Origin: an uncultured Acidobacteriota bacterium
GTDB lineage: Bacteria; Acidobacteriota; Thermoanaerobaculia; Gp7-AA8
DNA: 64,000 bases
Assembly: GCA_963741955.1 (NCBI GenBank)
Contig: CAVUKB010000006.1
Location: 320,001-384,000, forward strand
Direction of reading: 5' to 3'
Numbering within the stretch: the first letter of the stretch is position 1; each line of letters opens with the position of its first letter. The position numbers and the translations under genes were made by a program. Below the pieces are notes generated by a model that did no database searches, was not told where the DNA came from, and saw only the letters and a program-made list of their open reading frames with translations. Below are positions 21,239 through 31,916 of this stretch, in pieces.

Positions 21239-22750
21239 ATGACTGCAGAAACGATGATTCCGGTCGAGAAAACCGCAGCCAGACAGTCTTCCTCGCGGGA
21301 GTCGCTGATCTTCGAGGAGTCGCGCGGCGGACGTCGCGCCTACCGGCTCCCTGATCTCGACGTCCCGGAGAGCGGGCTGGAATCGCTTCTTCCCAAAGGC
21401 CTCCTCCGCGGAGAGCTGGAGGGAGAGTGCGAAGTGTCGGAAGTCGACGTGATCCGTCATTTCACCCGCCTCTCGAAATTGAACGTTTCGATCGACGCGG
21501 GACTCTATCCGCTCGGCTCCTGCACCATGAAGCACAACCCGCGGATCAACGAAGAGATCGCACGGATTGCAGGCTTCGCGGCATCACATCCGCTGCAGCT
21601 CGAACATCAGGTCCAGGGGAATCTCGAGCTCCTCTGGGCGCTGGAGCAGGCGCTCGCGGAGATCCTGGGGATGCCGCGGGTCACGCTTCAGCCGGTCGCC
21701 GGCGCGCACGGTGAGCTGACCGGAATCCTGATGATCCACAAGGCGCTCGCCGCGACCGGAAATCCGCGGAAGTACATCCTGATCCCCGATTCGGCGCACG
21801 GCACGAATCCGGCCTCGGCGCACTTCGCCGGCTACACGGTGAAGGAGCTGAAGTCGAATGCCCGCGGCACGCTCGATCTCGACCTTCTGGAGAAGGAAGT
21901 GACCGAGGACGTTGCGGCACTGATGATCACGGTGCCGAACACGCTCGGCGTCTTCGAGAGCCAGATCCGTCAGATCGCCGACATCCTCCACGCGAAGGGG
22001 GCCTATCTCTACTGCGACGGCGCGAACCTCAACTCGTTCGTCGGTATCGCGCGGCCGGGGGACATGGGGATCGACGTCATTCACTCGAATCTCCACAAGA
22101 CGTTCTCCACGCCGCATGGCGGCGGAGGACCCGGGGCGGGGCCGGTCGGAGTTTCGGAGCGGCTGGTGCCGTTCCTCCCCACGCCGACCATCGAGCGCCG
22201 CGAAGACGGAACGTTCTTCCTCGACGACGATCATCCGCAGTCGATCGGCCGGGTGCGTGCCTTCAACGGCAACTTCGGTGTTCTGGTGCGGGCTCTCACG
22301 TACATCCGGAGTATGGGAGCGAGCGGCCTCCGGCGGGTGGCGGAGATCGCGGTGCTGAACGCCAACTACATCCGGGCGCGTCTCGCCGGGCACTACAACC
22401 TTCCGTACGACGCGCCGACGCTGCACGAAGTGGTCTTCAACGACAAACGCCAGCTCGCGCACGACGTTCACACGCTCGACATCGCGAAGCGGCTGATGGA
22501 CTACGGATTCCATCCGCCGACGATCTATTTCCCGCTGATCGTGGCGGGCGCGCTGATGATCGAGCCGACCGAGACGGAGCCGAAGGGAGAGCTCGACGCG
22601 TTCTGCGACGCGATGATCGAGATCGCCCGAGAAGCGGAGGAGACGCCCGAGCTGGTGCGCTCGGCGCCGCACACCACCCCGGTGCGCCGTCTCGACGAGG
22701 CTCGCGCGGCACGCCAGCCGGTGCTTCGCTGGACTCCGGAACGGAAGTGA
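21239..22750 (+). CDS. gcvPB: Glycine dehydrogenase subunit 2
   Basis: YPLGSCTMKHNP, SAHGTNPAS, NLHKTFSTPHGGGGPG, MIEPTETE. Confidence 0.96.
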   Translation: MTAETMIPVEKTAARQSSSRESLIFEESRGGRRAYRLPDLDVPESGLESLLPKGLLRGELEGECEVSEVDVIRHFTRLSKLNVSIDAGLYPLGSCTMKHNPRINEEIARIAGFAASHPLQLEHQVQGNLELLWALEQALAEILGMPRVTLQPVAGAHGELTGILMIHKALAATGNPRKYILIPDSAHGTNPASAHFAGYTVKELKSNARGTLDLDLLEKEVTEDVAALMITVPNTLGVFESQIRQIADILHAKGAYLYCDGANLNSFVGIARPGDMGIDVIHSNLHKTFSTPHGGGGPGAGPVGVSERLVPFLPTPTIERREDGTFFLDDDHPQSIGRVRAFNGNFGVLVRALTYIRSMGASGLRRVAEIAVLNANYIRARLAGHYNLPYDAPTLHEVVFNDKRQLAHDVHTLDIAKRLMDYGFHPPTIYFPLIVAGALMIEPTETEPKGELDAFCDAMIEIAREAEETPELVRSAPHTTPVRRLDEARAARQPVLRWTPERK

Positions 22751-22783
22751 GCGCGGGCCGGGGCGGATTTCTCGAGCGCCCTA

Positions 22784-22944
22784 GGAGTCTGCGCGGTAGA
22801 AACGTCCGTAGCGAGAGAGCGGAGCAGCGAGGCCAAATTCGTTCGGATTTGAGGTGCGTAGCGGTGGCTACTCGCCGAAAATCCGGACCGATTTGGACCG
22901 CTGATCCGCTTTCGCAGTAGGACAGTTTCTACCGCGCAGACTCC
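22784..22944. mobile_element. MITE family B inserted in the hairpin after gcvPB
   Basis: Near-identical to 13167-13327; TA duplicated; removing it restores cgcgggccggggcg...cgccctagcccgcg. Confidence 0.92.
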
Positions 22945-23726
22945 TAGCCCGCGGAAACCGAGCATTCGGCCCGGCTTTAGTGCGTCTGGTCCGGGGTGAT
23001 GACCGTAGCACGCTGCGTCACGTTGTCAGTGACCGAAACGAATGCCCAGATCGGCTGATGCGCGGAGACCTCCACCCATACCTGGTCGGGAAGGGCCCCC
23101 GTGGTGATCTCGTTCAGCATCACGAATCCGTCTGCAGGGTACGGCGGGAATCCAGGGTCATGCTGATCGCTTCGTCCGTGGCTGGCGCTCAGCCAGATCG
23201 CGGCCTCAGCCAACACATCTCCCTCGAATGAGAGAACCCTCACCGCCACAGGAATCTGTTCGCCTCCTTCGAAGTCGTAAACTCGAATTCTCACCCGATA
23301 GCGGTCGGCGGTCGGCACGTTCAGCATCCGCTGGACCGATCGGAAGGCCGATTCCCCAACCACGGGGATGATGTTTCCCCACCCGTCCAATCGCTCGAAT
23401 GCGCGCAGCTGCAAATGCAACGCCTCCCAAGGCTTCTGCAGATAGAGAAACGCACCCTGATTTTCCGACGGCCTGAGGACTTCCGCTTCATGTGCCACGC
23501 TGTGCGGCGGCACTTCTTTCGACGGGCAGAGAATCTGGCAGACCTCAGTTGGAGCCTGATCTACGATCAGCGGTACGTCCCCGTCGTTCAGCACGACCAA
23601 CTCGGTCTCCCACATACTGCCATACGCACCCTCAGTATCGAACGCCACCACGGGCACCAGTACGCGCTCGAACTGCGGCTCTTGCGCAGCGACCCACCCG
23701 GCAGTCAGGAAGTACGTGAAAAATAG

Positions 23727-25310
23727 GGTTCTCCTAACAGGTGTGTAGGTGCGGAATGATTGTCGGAGGCATGCAGGAACGGCGACGCGGCTGTTTTCGA
23801 GGAGCAAGTCGGTGTTCGCCGAAGCGTTCGGAAAGCGAAGTTGTGGAAACCGCGGAAAACGCCGCCACCCGGCCGCCGCGTTTTCCGCCGTTCCCACAAC
23901 TTGCCCCGCCGTCGCGGAAGGATCTGAAGGAGCCCCGAAAGTCGCTGCTCGTGGAGAGGTGAAGATCGAAGCAGCGATAGCAGGTTGGAATCGGCGAACC
24001 GTGCTGCCCATTTCCCGTAGTCTGTAGTCGATGAAACCAAGACACGGGGAGGACAGGCACGGTGCGCCTGACGACATTGTTCCGGAAGTTGCTCAACATG
24101 GCAAACGTAACGGTTCGCGGGGTTCGGTTCGAAGCTCGGAGTCTCTATCTCGACGTGAGTCCAACGTGGAGACGTCCGCGGTGCGGAGGGTGCGGACGGG
24201 TTGCTCCCGAGCTTCACGGAACGGTGATGAAGCATCGCGAATGGCGTCATCTCGGCCTCTGGGGATGCCGGGTGATGCTGCGGGCGGATCTGCCGCGGGT
24301 GCGTTGCCGCCGCTGCGGGGTGCGAACGGCCGCGGTTCCGTGGGCACGGCCTGGTTCGATGTTCACCCGCGCGTTCGAAGACGAGCTTGCCTGGTTTCTG
24401 CAGCGATCCAATCAAACCGCGGTCTCGGCGTACTTCAAGGTCAGCTGGCTCACGGCCGGACGGATCGCCGCTCGAGTGGTTGCCGAAAAACGCGACCCGA
24501 ACGCGCTCGAGAATCTGACCCGGATCGGCATCGACGAGATCTGCTGGGGGCGGCCGAAGAAGTTCATGACCGTGGTCACGAACCACGAGACCGGGCAGAT
24601 GATCTGGGCGGCGAAGGGTAAAAGTGCAGAGGTTCTCGACGGGCTGTTCGATCTGCTCGGCCCCGAGCGCTGCGCGCGAATCCGTCTGGTGAGCATCGAC
24701 ATGAGCGCGGCCTTCGAGAAAGCTGTTCGCGACCGACTGCCGAACGCCGAAGTCGTTTTCGATCGGTTCCACGTGGTCCAACTCCTCGGGAATGCGATCG
24801 ATCAGGTGAGGCGGGACGAGATGCGAAAGGCCACCGGCGAGGAGCGCTCCGCTCTCAAATCCACTCGGTTCGTCCTCCTGAAGAACCCCTGGAACCTGCG
24901 TGATGCCGAGGAGGCGAAACTCTCGGAGCTCGCGCGGATGAATCACACCCTCTTTCGCAGTTACCTGGTCAAGGAATCCTTTCAGGACATCTATGACTCC
25001 TCGTCCGTCCGCCAAGCTGATCGACGGTTCAAGCGCTGGTATCAGTCCGCGGTTCATAGCCGCATTCAACCCCTCGTTCGCTTCGCGCGAACCGTCGCGG
25101 CGAAATGGCCTGGCATCCGCCGTTACTTCGAGTATCGACTCACGAATGCAGTTGCTGAAGGCTGCAACAACAAGATCCGAATGCTCAGTCACCGCGCTTT
25201 CGGCTTTCACACCGCGGAAGCTCTGATCGCAATGGCGTTCCTCTGTACGTCAGCAATCGCATTCCATCCTCTCGGCCTATGAACTCTGCTACACACCTGT
25301 TAGGAGATCC
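23727..25310 (+). mobile_element. ISL3-family insertion sequence
   Basis: TIRs GGTTCTCCTAACAGGTGTGTAG / CTACACACCTGTTAGGAGATCC; 8-bp TSD AAAAATAG at 23719-23726 and 25311-25318. Confidence 0.95.
24062..25282 (+). CDS. ISL3-family transposase
   Basis: CGGC/CRRC zinc finger, VPWARP, IGIDE, VSIDMS, FDRFHVV, TNAVAEGCNNKI. Confidence 0.95.
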   Translation: MRLTTLFRKLLNMANVTVRGVRFEARSLYLDVSPTWRRPRCGGCGRVAPELHGTVMKHREWRHLGLWGCRVMLRADLPRVRCRRCGVRTAAVPWARPGSMFTRAFEDELAWFLQRSNQTAVSAYFKVSWLTAGRIAARVVAEKRDPNALENLTRIGIDEICWGRPKKFMTVVTNHETGQMIWAAKGKSAEVLDGLFDLLGPERCARIRLVSIDMSAAFEKAVRDRLPNAEVVFDRFHVVQLLGNAIDQVRRDEMRKATGEERSALKSTRFVLLKNPWNLRDAEEAKLSELARMNHTLFRSYLVKESFQDIYDSSSVRQADRRFKRWYQSAVHSRIQPLVRFARTVAAKWPGIRRYFEYRLTNAVAEGCNNKIRMLSHRAFGFHTAEALIAMAFLCTSAIAFHPLGL

Positions 25311-26067
25311 AAAAATAGCAGGTATTTGATGCGCATCATGGGCAGTCACTCAAGTTTAGCAATGGCAGACCATCGATCGTCACACCATTTCCAGTAGAAC
25401 CTTCGGACGTGAGGAAGGACATCACCGCGCTGCGAGAAGCGCCGTGATGGGCGTGCAAGTACCGAGCCACGACACCGGCGACGAGCGGCGCGGCGAAAGA
25501 GGTTCCCGAGACGCAATTACCAGTATCGGTCCACGTGGAGCCATCGAAGCACGGCGACGCCTGACTACGATACAGGGCCCACGGATGCACGCTTGCGAAT
25601 GCCGACTCCATGTTCTGCGCCGGCGCGTAAATGTCTGTGTTATCGCCCCAATTTGAGAAATAGACCCTGGTATCAGAATCCCTTGCGGATCCTGCCACGG
25701 TGATAGCATCGGGGGAACTCGCGGGATCCCAGTTTGCAGTGTTGTCCTGGAAATTGCCGGCCGCCGCCACTACCATGATTCCGTTTGATACGAGGGTGTT
25801 TACCGCACGATTCATCGGACCCGGCAAGCAGACCCAATGACACGACGCTTCGGTAGGAAACGCGAAGCTGAGATTTACGACGGCCGACTTGGTGGGATTG
25901 GCTGTCGCGTCGTCCAGGATCCAATTCAAAGCAGCGACCACGTTAGCGGAGCTCGACGACCCGCCGCAGTTGAAAGCCTTCGTGTCCACGACAGTAACGT
26001 CCGGGGCAACGCCCAGGGTGTTGCCCCCTGGAATCGAGGCCACGCCGGTTCCATGCGAGCCGTTAAG

Positions 26068-27987
26068 CTGAAGTTCCCTGGGGCTATAGGCAAGGATCCG
26101 CTGTAAATTCAGGGAGATAGGCAGGAATATGCGTGCAGGCTTCTGTCTACAAGTGGATGGACTTGAGCAGATCGAAGGCGCGCTGTTGAGTTAGGCCTGG
26201 GGTGGTGACGAGGTCGAAGGTGGACTCGTCGTTGGATGCGCCCGGACGGCGAGCGGTGTTGCGGACGATGGTGCTCAGGTCTGCGAGCAGGGTCTGAAAG
26301 CTGTGGGCGGGAGTGCCGTCGTCGAGTACCTTCGAATGGATCTTATCGAGCGCTTTCGCTGATCGTTTTGCGGGAGCAACGGGATCACGGCTCGTTTTTG
26401 CCTGCTGGTCCTCGTCGGAGAAAAGCAGTGGGCGCCAGGCTTCCATCATGTGCCAGGCCACGTAGTAGGCCAGCATGCAGAGGAAGATGTGAGCCTTGAC
26501 GCGCTCCTCGAGCCGGTGGCGGATGGGCCGCACCTGGAGATCGACAGTCTTCAGTGAGCGAAAGGCCCGCTCGACCTGACTGAGCAGCTTGTAACTGCGC
26601 ACGACGTCGTCGGTGCCAAGAGTCTCGGCGGCCACGCTGGTCCTTACGACATAGAGCCCATCGAGGGAAGCCTCGCGCGCCACCTTGTCCGCGTCGATGT
26701 GGAAGTCAAGCCCGTCATCGCGAATGTCCAGGACAATGTGTTTGGCGACCTTGTACTTGTCGATCACCTTGCCGACGCGTACGCCAATGACGTCCTTTCC
26801 TTGGAGCTTGCCGTGCGAGACCATCCCTCGCACTTTCTCCAATTCCTTGAGCGTAGCCTCGAGGAGCGACTCGCGTTTGTGCGCGCGCAACCGGGCCAGA
26901 TCCGCATTGCGACAGGCCACCAGTCGCTCGCCCGGGAAATCGGGATGGGTCATCTCGAAAAGATTGCGCGTGTCGAACAGCCCGAGCTGGATATGACCGG
27001 CGTCAACGAGCTTTTGAATCGTCACGCTCCTGAGGGCCGTAATCCAATCAATGCCGTCTCGCTGACGGAGATCATCGATTTGCTTCTGCGAGATCATGCC
27101 GCGATCGCCAACGAGAACAAACTTCTCGATCGTGAAGGTCTTCTGTAGTTTCTCGACCTGAGGCATCAATGTCCTGGGGTCACTGGTGTTGCCATCGAAG
27201 ACACTCACTGCTACGGGGCACCCACGGCGGTCGGTCAGCAGTCCGTAGTTGACCTGAAGCTTGCCCTTCTTGCCATCCCGGTTGTGGCCGCGCATGGCGA
27301 GCGGGCAGCTCTCTCCCTCGAAATAGCTCGAGCTCAGGTCGTACAGGACCAGACCGCCCTTGGGCAGATGTCTCGCTGCGAGTTTCTTTTCGATTGCGTC
27401 TTGTCGGCCAAGCAGCCAATCGAGCGCGCCATAGAGGTCGTCTTCATCGGCATCGGTGACACCGAAGACTTCGGGAATCGTCGAGGTGTGCCATGACCGC
27501 ACGGTGCTGAGCTTGCTGCGCGGGGCAAGGATACGAGCCGCCACCATGGCGAGGACCAGATCACGCTCGCGGCACGAGCGAGATGCAACGAGCGAAGCGA
27601 AGCCGAGTTGCTTGATTGCGATCTGGACGGCTTCGACATGACCGTGATGGACCGATCGAATGATCTCGAACAGCTCGGCGATCGGGGCGAGCCTCTCGCC
27701 CTTCAAGATTCTGCGAATCGCGTCGATCTGATCGGCCGGCAGGGCCGAGAGATTGGCCAGCGTGCGTTTTCGGACCTTGGCCCCCACCCGGTAGGACTCG
27801 CGCAGCAGGACGGCCGGGGCCGAGTTGCGGTTCGGCACGATGTCGATGTGCATGGCCACAGTATGCCAGTACTATTCACACCTGTCAATGCAGTAATCAC
27901 ACTTACATGGCTACATTCTTGCATACAAATCGAGGTCATCTTCAAGAAAACACAGCACTTCTCTGCGAAAACCCCCGGGAACTTCAG
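26068..27987 (-). mobile_element. IS1634-family insertion sequence
   Basis: TIRs CTGAAGTTCCC / GGGAACTTCAG; 6-bp TSD GTTAAG at 26062-26067 and 27988-27993. Confidence 0.93.
26147..27859 (-). CDS. IS1634-family transposase
   Basis: LLRESYR.G.KVRKRTLANLS, LYDLSSSYFEG, GHNRDGK, VGDRGM, VERAFRSLK, HIFLCMLAY. Confidence 0.94.
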   Translation of the reverse strand: MAMHIDIVPNRNSAPAVLLRESYRVGAKVRKRTLANLSALPADQIDAIRRILKGERLAPIAELFEIIRSVHHGHVEAVQIAIKQLGFASLVASRSCRERDLVLAMVAARILAPRSKLSTVRSWHTSTIPEVFGVTDADEDDLYGALDWLLGRQDAIEKKLAARHLPKGGLVLYDLSSSYFEGESCPLAMRGHNRDGKKGKLQVNYGLLTDRRGCPVAVSVFDGNTSDPRTLMPQVEKLQKTFTIEKFVLVGDRGMISQKQIDDLRQRDGIDWITALRSVTIQKLVDAGHIQLGLFDTRNLFEMTHPDFPGERLVACRNADLARLRAHKRESLLEATLKELEKVRGMVSHGKLQGKDVIGVRVGKVIDKYKVAKHIVLDIRDDGLDFHIDADKVAREASLDGLYVVRTSVAAETLGTDDVVRSYKLLSQVERAFRSLKTVDLQVRPIRHRLEERVKAHIFLCMLAYYVAWHMMEAWRPLLFSDEDQQAKTSRDPVAPAKRSAKALDKIHSKVLDDGTPAHSFQTLLADLSTIVRNTARRPGASNDESTFDLVTTPGLTQQRAFDLLKSIHL

Positions 27988-28734
27988 GTTAAGCGTGATA
28001 ATGCCGTCCCAACAAGTGCCCGAATAGATCACAGGCATGCTCAGATCTGTCGCCGCCAGCACCCGAGTACCACCGGTATCCGTGGCGAATTCGGGGTGGT
28101 CTGGTCTGACTCCGGTATCGACCACATAAGCTCGCACGTTGCTCGCCGACGAGCAGTAGTAGAAGAAATGATCGGTGCGAGGCGCTCCAGGGTTGGGCTG
28201 GTCCACGCGATCCTTTCCCTATAGGCTTGCCCGGGAATCTCCGGGCGAATAGGGGTTAAGCTCCCCTCCGGAGGAAATCTGAATGACACTGTTCTCATGC
28301 ACCGATAGAACAAATGGATCATTGGCCAAGGCGTTCGCGGCCGCCTGCGTTCCAGAAAATGCGAACCCCTTCAGGACAGAGTTGTATACAAGACTCGGTC
28401 GGATACCGTGCCGCTGTGCAATCAACGCCGGAGGAAATGGAACATCGTCCTTCAGCATGACGACGTAGCTGCCGGGGACAGAAAGGGTGTGGTGTACGAG
28501 ATCTCCGGCGAACGCGGGTAATGCCAGCGATAACAGCAGTGCCGGAACAATCAAGACCTTCATCGGGGCCTTTCCTCCTTTGTGATGGTGATTCAAGAGC
28601 GCACGTGGATGATCAGTTTCACGCCAGCGTTCGAGCCTCGTGCGACGTTGAAGAATTCCGCAAGCGGTAGCGACATGTCACCATTCGGAGCGTTGAACGA
28701 TCGCTGTCGCGGAAGCTGAATCCCTCCGACAATT

Positions 28735-29704
28735 AATGTAGCGCGGGATATTTCATTCGGCTAGATGACATTTTGTGCGCTTCGCACACTGCGAAAGCCG
28801 ACGACATTTCGATGTCGCTCTGAGGGGGCGCGCGGCCGACGCGCTGGCAAGGCACCGATAGCAGGTTGGCGACTGACCCGAACCGGAAAGAAAGGCACGG
28901 AAGAACGTACGAATGCGCTCGTATCCACACGACCTAGCGATGCTGGCCGTCGGCGTCGTGGACCAACGAAGCATGCGGCGAGCACGCACGAACTGGCGGC
29001 GCTTGAGGTATCCCGATACGGTGAGCCCATGACGTCGCTTGAAGACGCGATTCAGCGTGAATCGCGAGAGCGCCGTTCTCGCGGCAACCTCGTCGACTCG
29101 GGGGGCACGCTCCTCCCGAAAGCACTCACGAAGATAGCGGTCGATAGTTCGCCTCAGAGTCTCTCGGGGACACGTGTTGTCCATACCATGGAGTGCTCGG
29201 GGAGGAGCAAATCGGTACCCTGGAACGCGTTACGGTTCGGTGACGATCCAGTGCGGCGCTCTGTTCGAGTTGACCGAAGATGTCAAGGAAGCTGAAACGT
29301 ACCTCCCGCGTCGTCCGCCGTTCTCGTCCCCGACCTCGACCTTCTGGGCTCCCGCACGATCAGCTATACTCCCCCGGGGATCAGCGCCGGGCCGAGCGCC
29401 GCAGCGATTTGACTGGGTCCGCCGGCGTGGGTTGAAGGAACGGACCACCGGATCGACTGCATCATAGACGGCGAGCGCTCGTTCAGCCGTTCATCGTCAT
29501 GAAATCGACCACCTCGGCACCTGGCGGGCGGCGTGCTGCGTCTGAGCACGTCGCGGTATTCTTGCTCGAGCCCTGTCGAACATCGAGGTCGCATCTCGCC
29601 AGCAGGTCACGAATGCATGTTCGCGTCAGAGAGGACCGGAAATGAGGGCCGCGACGCGTGAGGGGCTGCCGCACGGGGCCGCAACCGCTCTCGCGATCGA
29701 TGCC
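28735..29704. repeat. Near-identical direct repeat arm (copy at 34999-35968); continues after IS21 at 32017-32273 (copy 35964-36220)
   Basis: Direct comparison gives constant offsets of 6264 and 3947 bp with only scattered substitutions. Confidence 0.97.
28753..29184 (-). CDS. Stand-alone AraC-type HTH regulator (unit 1)
   Basis: PRVDEVAARTALSRFTLNRVFKRRHG...IARSCGYERIRTFFRAF...SPTCYR; no ligand-binding domain. Confidence 0.85.
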   Translation of the reverse strand: MDNTCPRETLRRTIDRYLRECFREERAPRVDEVAARTALSRFTLNRVFKRRHGLTVSGYLKRRQFVRARRMLRWSTTPTASIARSCGYERIRTFFRAFLSGSGQSPTCYRCLASASAARPLRATSKCRRLSQCAKRTKCHLAE

Positions 29705-29862
29705 TGTCGATGAAGATGTAAAAGTGACCCACTGCGAAGAAGTAAAAGTTGACCACCTGAGGGGAAGGGGCTCCGCCGGGGAGAGAGGCACGGGCGACCG
29801 TGCTGGGTGATGATTCCTCCGTCCGGAGGCGAGCGGAGCGAGCCGGAGGGCGGAGGAATCAG

Positions 29863-31137
29863 GTGATCGAACAGGAGCAGTGGATGAACATCCGAGAACT
29901 CAACCGCCAGGGAATGGGGATCCGGGCGATCGCCCGGACTCTCGGGATCTCCCGTCAGGTGGTGCGAAAGACACTGCAGCAGACCGTCCCGGAGCGGTAT
30001 CGAAAGCGGCCTCCGCGGCCGCGGAAGATCGACCCGTTCGTGGACGATCTCGAACGGCTGGCCCGGGAACGGCCGCACATTCGCGCGACGCGACTCTATG
30101 AAGAGATTGTGGCGAAGGGCTATACCGGACACTACGAAGCAGTCAAAGTCTGGACCCGCGCTTTCCGCCGCGCCGAACAGGCCCGCAGGTCCGCGTGCGT
30201 ACGGCTCGAGACCGACCCGGGTGAGGAAGGACAGTTCGATTGGAAAGGACCGGCTCTCGGGTTGATCCCGAGCAACCCGGAACAAAAGATCAGGTTCTTC
30301 CGGCTGGTCTACGGCTACTCGCGGCGCCGCTTCACATTCGTGGTGACGACGACCACGCTGCCGATGGTTCTCGAGAACCTCCGCACCACGTTCGAGCAGG
30401 CGGGCGGCACGCCGGCCCGACTGGTCTTCGATAACTTCAAGGCCGCGGTGATCCACCCCCGACCGCACCTGGAGCTCAACCCTTCCTTCGTCGAGTTCTG
30501 CCGTCATTACGGAACGTCTCCGGCACCGGCTCTGCCGTACAAGCCCGAGCGGAAGGGAAAGGTCGAACGGAGCTTCCGTGATCTGATCGACGTGGGTGTT
30601 CTGGATCGCACCTGGAACTCGATCGACGAGCTCCAATCGTTCGTCACCATGGATGACGAGCAGCATGCGGCGAAGATCTGTTCGTCGACCGGACAGACGC
30701 CGGCCGAGCGTTTCGAACGGGAACGCGGATTTCTGATCGAGCTTCCCGCCCTGGCTTTCGACGTCCGCCTCGCCGAACCGCGGCGCGTGCTGCGCGACTG
30801 CACCGTCTCGTACCGCGGGGCCTACTACTCCGTCCCGGCACGACTCGCAGGTGCGCGAGTGATCGTCAAAGCCGCACCCGCCGGAGACGTGATCGAGATC
30901 GTTCATCTCGACGAATCGGTCGCCGTGCATCCAGTGATCCCCAAAGGTCAGAGGAGGGTTCTCGAGGAGCACGTGGCGGTGCTCCGCCGTCCGCGCTGGG
31001 ATCGGCTCCGAAAGCCGAAGCCCGAACCGGTTTCACCGCCGCCTCCAGTTCCGACTCTGGTGGTATGGCCGCGAGTTACGGTCGAGAATCGGCCGATCGA
31101 AGACTATGCAGCGTTGGTCGACGGAGGTGGGCGATGA
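29863..31137 (+). CDS. istA: IS21 transposase IstA
   Basis: HTH N-terminus, ETDPGEEGQFDW, FDNFKAAV, KGKVER; GTG 29863 after GGAGG. Confidence 0.95.
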   Translation: MIEQEQWMNIRELNRQGMGIRAIARTLGISRQVVRKTLQQTVPERYRKRPPRPRKIDPFVDDLERLARERPHIRATRLYEEIVAKGYTGHYEAVKVWTRAFRRAEQARRSACVRLETDPGEEGQFDWKGPALGLIPSNPEQKIRFFRLVYGYSRRRFTFVVTTTTLPMVLENLRTTFEQAGGTPARLVFDNFKAAVIHPRPHLELNPSFVEFCRHYGTSPAPALPYKPERKGKVERSFRDLIDVGVLDRTWNSIDELQSFVTMDDEQHAAKICSSTGQTPAERFERERGFLIELPALAFDVRLAEPRRVLRDCTVSYRGAYYSVPARLAGARVIVKAAPAGDVIEIVHLDESVAVHPVIPKGQRRVLEEHVAVLRRPRWDRLRKPKPEPVSPPPPVPTLVVWPRVTVENRPIEDYAALVDGGGR

Positions 31138-31916
31138 GCGAACCGACCTTCAACCGGCTCCTCGATCATGTCGAGAAGCTCGGGCTATGGCGTCTTAAAG
31201 AAACGCTCTCGTCTCTGCTATCCGTCGCAGAGAAAGAGTCGTGGGGACACGCCGAGACTCTCGACCGGCTCTTCGAAGAGGAGATTGTCGCACGCGAAGA
31301 GCGTCGGGTGCGCAGCTCTCTGAAGCTCGCCGGGTTCCCCTTCCTCAAGACTCTGGACGGGTTCGACTTCGCCTTCCAGCCTTCTCTCGACCGCGCTCGG
31401 GTGCTCGATCTCGCTTCGCTCGGCTTCCTCGCAAGAAAGGAGAACGTACTTCTGCTCGGCCCACCCGGTGTCGGCAAGACCCACCTGGCCATCGCCCTCG
31501 CCGTCCAGGCCTGCCAGAACGGCTACTCCGTCTACTTCACCACCCTCGATGAGATGATCCGAAAACTCGCCGCTGCGGACCGCGCCGGCAAGCTCCCCCG
31601 GAAGCTTCGTACCTACTCGACCAAATACCAGCTCCTGGTGGTCGACGAAGTCGGCTACCTGACACTCAACCGGATCGAGGCGAATTACCTGTTCCAGGTC
31701 GTCGCCAGCCGTTACGAGCGCTCGAGCATGATCCTGACCTCGAACAAGGCCATCAACGAATGGCCCGAGGTCTTCGGCGAGCTCGCCCTCGCTACTGCCA
31801 TCCTCGACCGTATCCTCCACCACTCCTACGTCCTCTCGATCCGAGGCAACAGCTACAGGCTTCGAGACAAACTCCTCACCACCACTCAACCCGCCTCGGC
31901 GGATCAGCCAGCCTGA
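31134..31916 (+). CDS. istB: IS21 helper ATPase IstB
   Basis: FDFAFQP, GPPGVGKTHLA, VVDEVGY, TSNK, AILDRILHH; ATGA overlap with istA. Confidence 0.96.
   Translation: MSEPTFNRLLDHVEKLGLWRLKETLSSLLSVAEKESWGHAETLDRLFEEEIVAREERRVRSSLKLAGFPFLKTLDGFDFAFQPSLDRARVLDLASLGFLARKENVLLLGPPGVGKTHLAIALAVQACQNGYSVYFTTLDEMIRKLAAADRAGKLPRKLRTYSTKYQLLVVDEVGYLTLNRIEANYLFQVVASRYERSSMILTSNKAINEWPEVFGELALATAILDRILHHSYVLSIRGNSYRLRDKLLTTTQPASADQPA

Larger units (their letters stand above)
22977..25336 (-). pseudogene. Secreted partner protein (unit 1), signal peptide interrupted by ISL3
   Basis: Removing the IS and one TSD gives MRIKYLLFFTYFLTAGWVAAQEPQFERVLVP...GAYGSMW...VTQRATVITPDQTH (255 aa). Its ATG overlaps the S8 stop (TGATG). 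Confidence 0.88.
25336..28563 (-). pseudogene. S8 subtilisin/proteinase K-like protease (unit 1) with a nonsense codon and IS1634 insertion
   Basis: AAGGAGG RBS, ATG 28563, signal peptide and I9-like propeptide. In-frame TAG at 28219-28221 where W of WGxDRxDQ is expected. VVDTG; HGTGVAS restored across the IS; AAGN; SGTSFAAP. Confidence 0.92.

Noticed and set aside
23719-24077. N-terminus of the 366-aa ORF 22977..24077
   Set aside because: It is read-through from ISL3 sequence; the true start is at 25336 beyond the IS.
28219-28221. Pyrrolysine or selenocysteine read-through in the S8 gene
   Set aside because: The codon is TAG (SelB decodes UGA), it replaces a conserved Trp by one transition, and the gene is also IS-disrupted.
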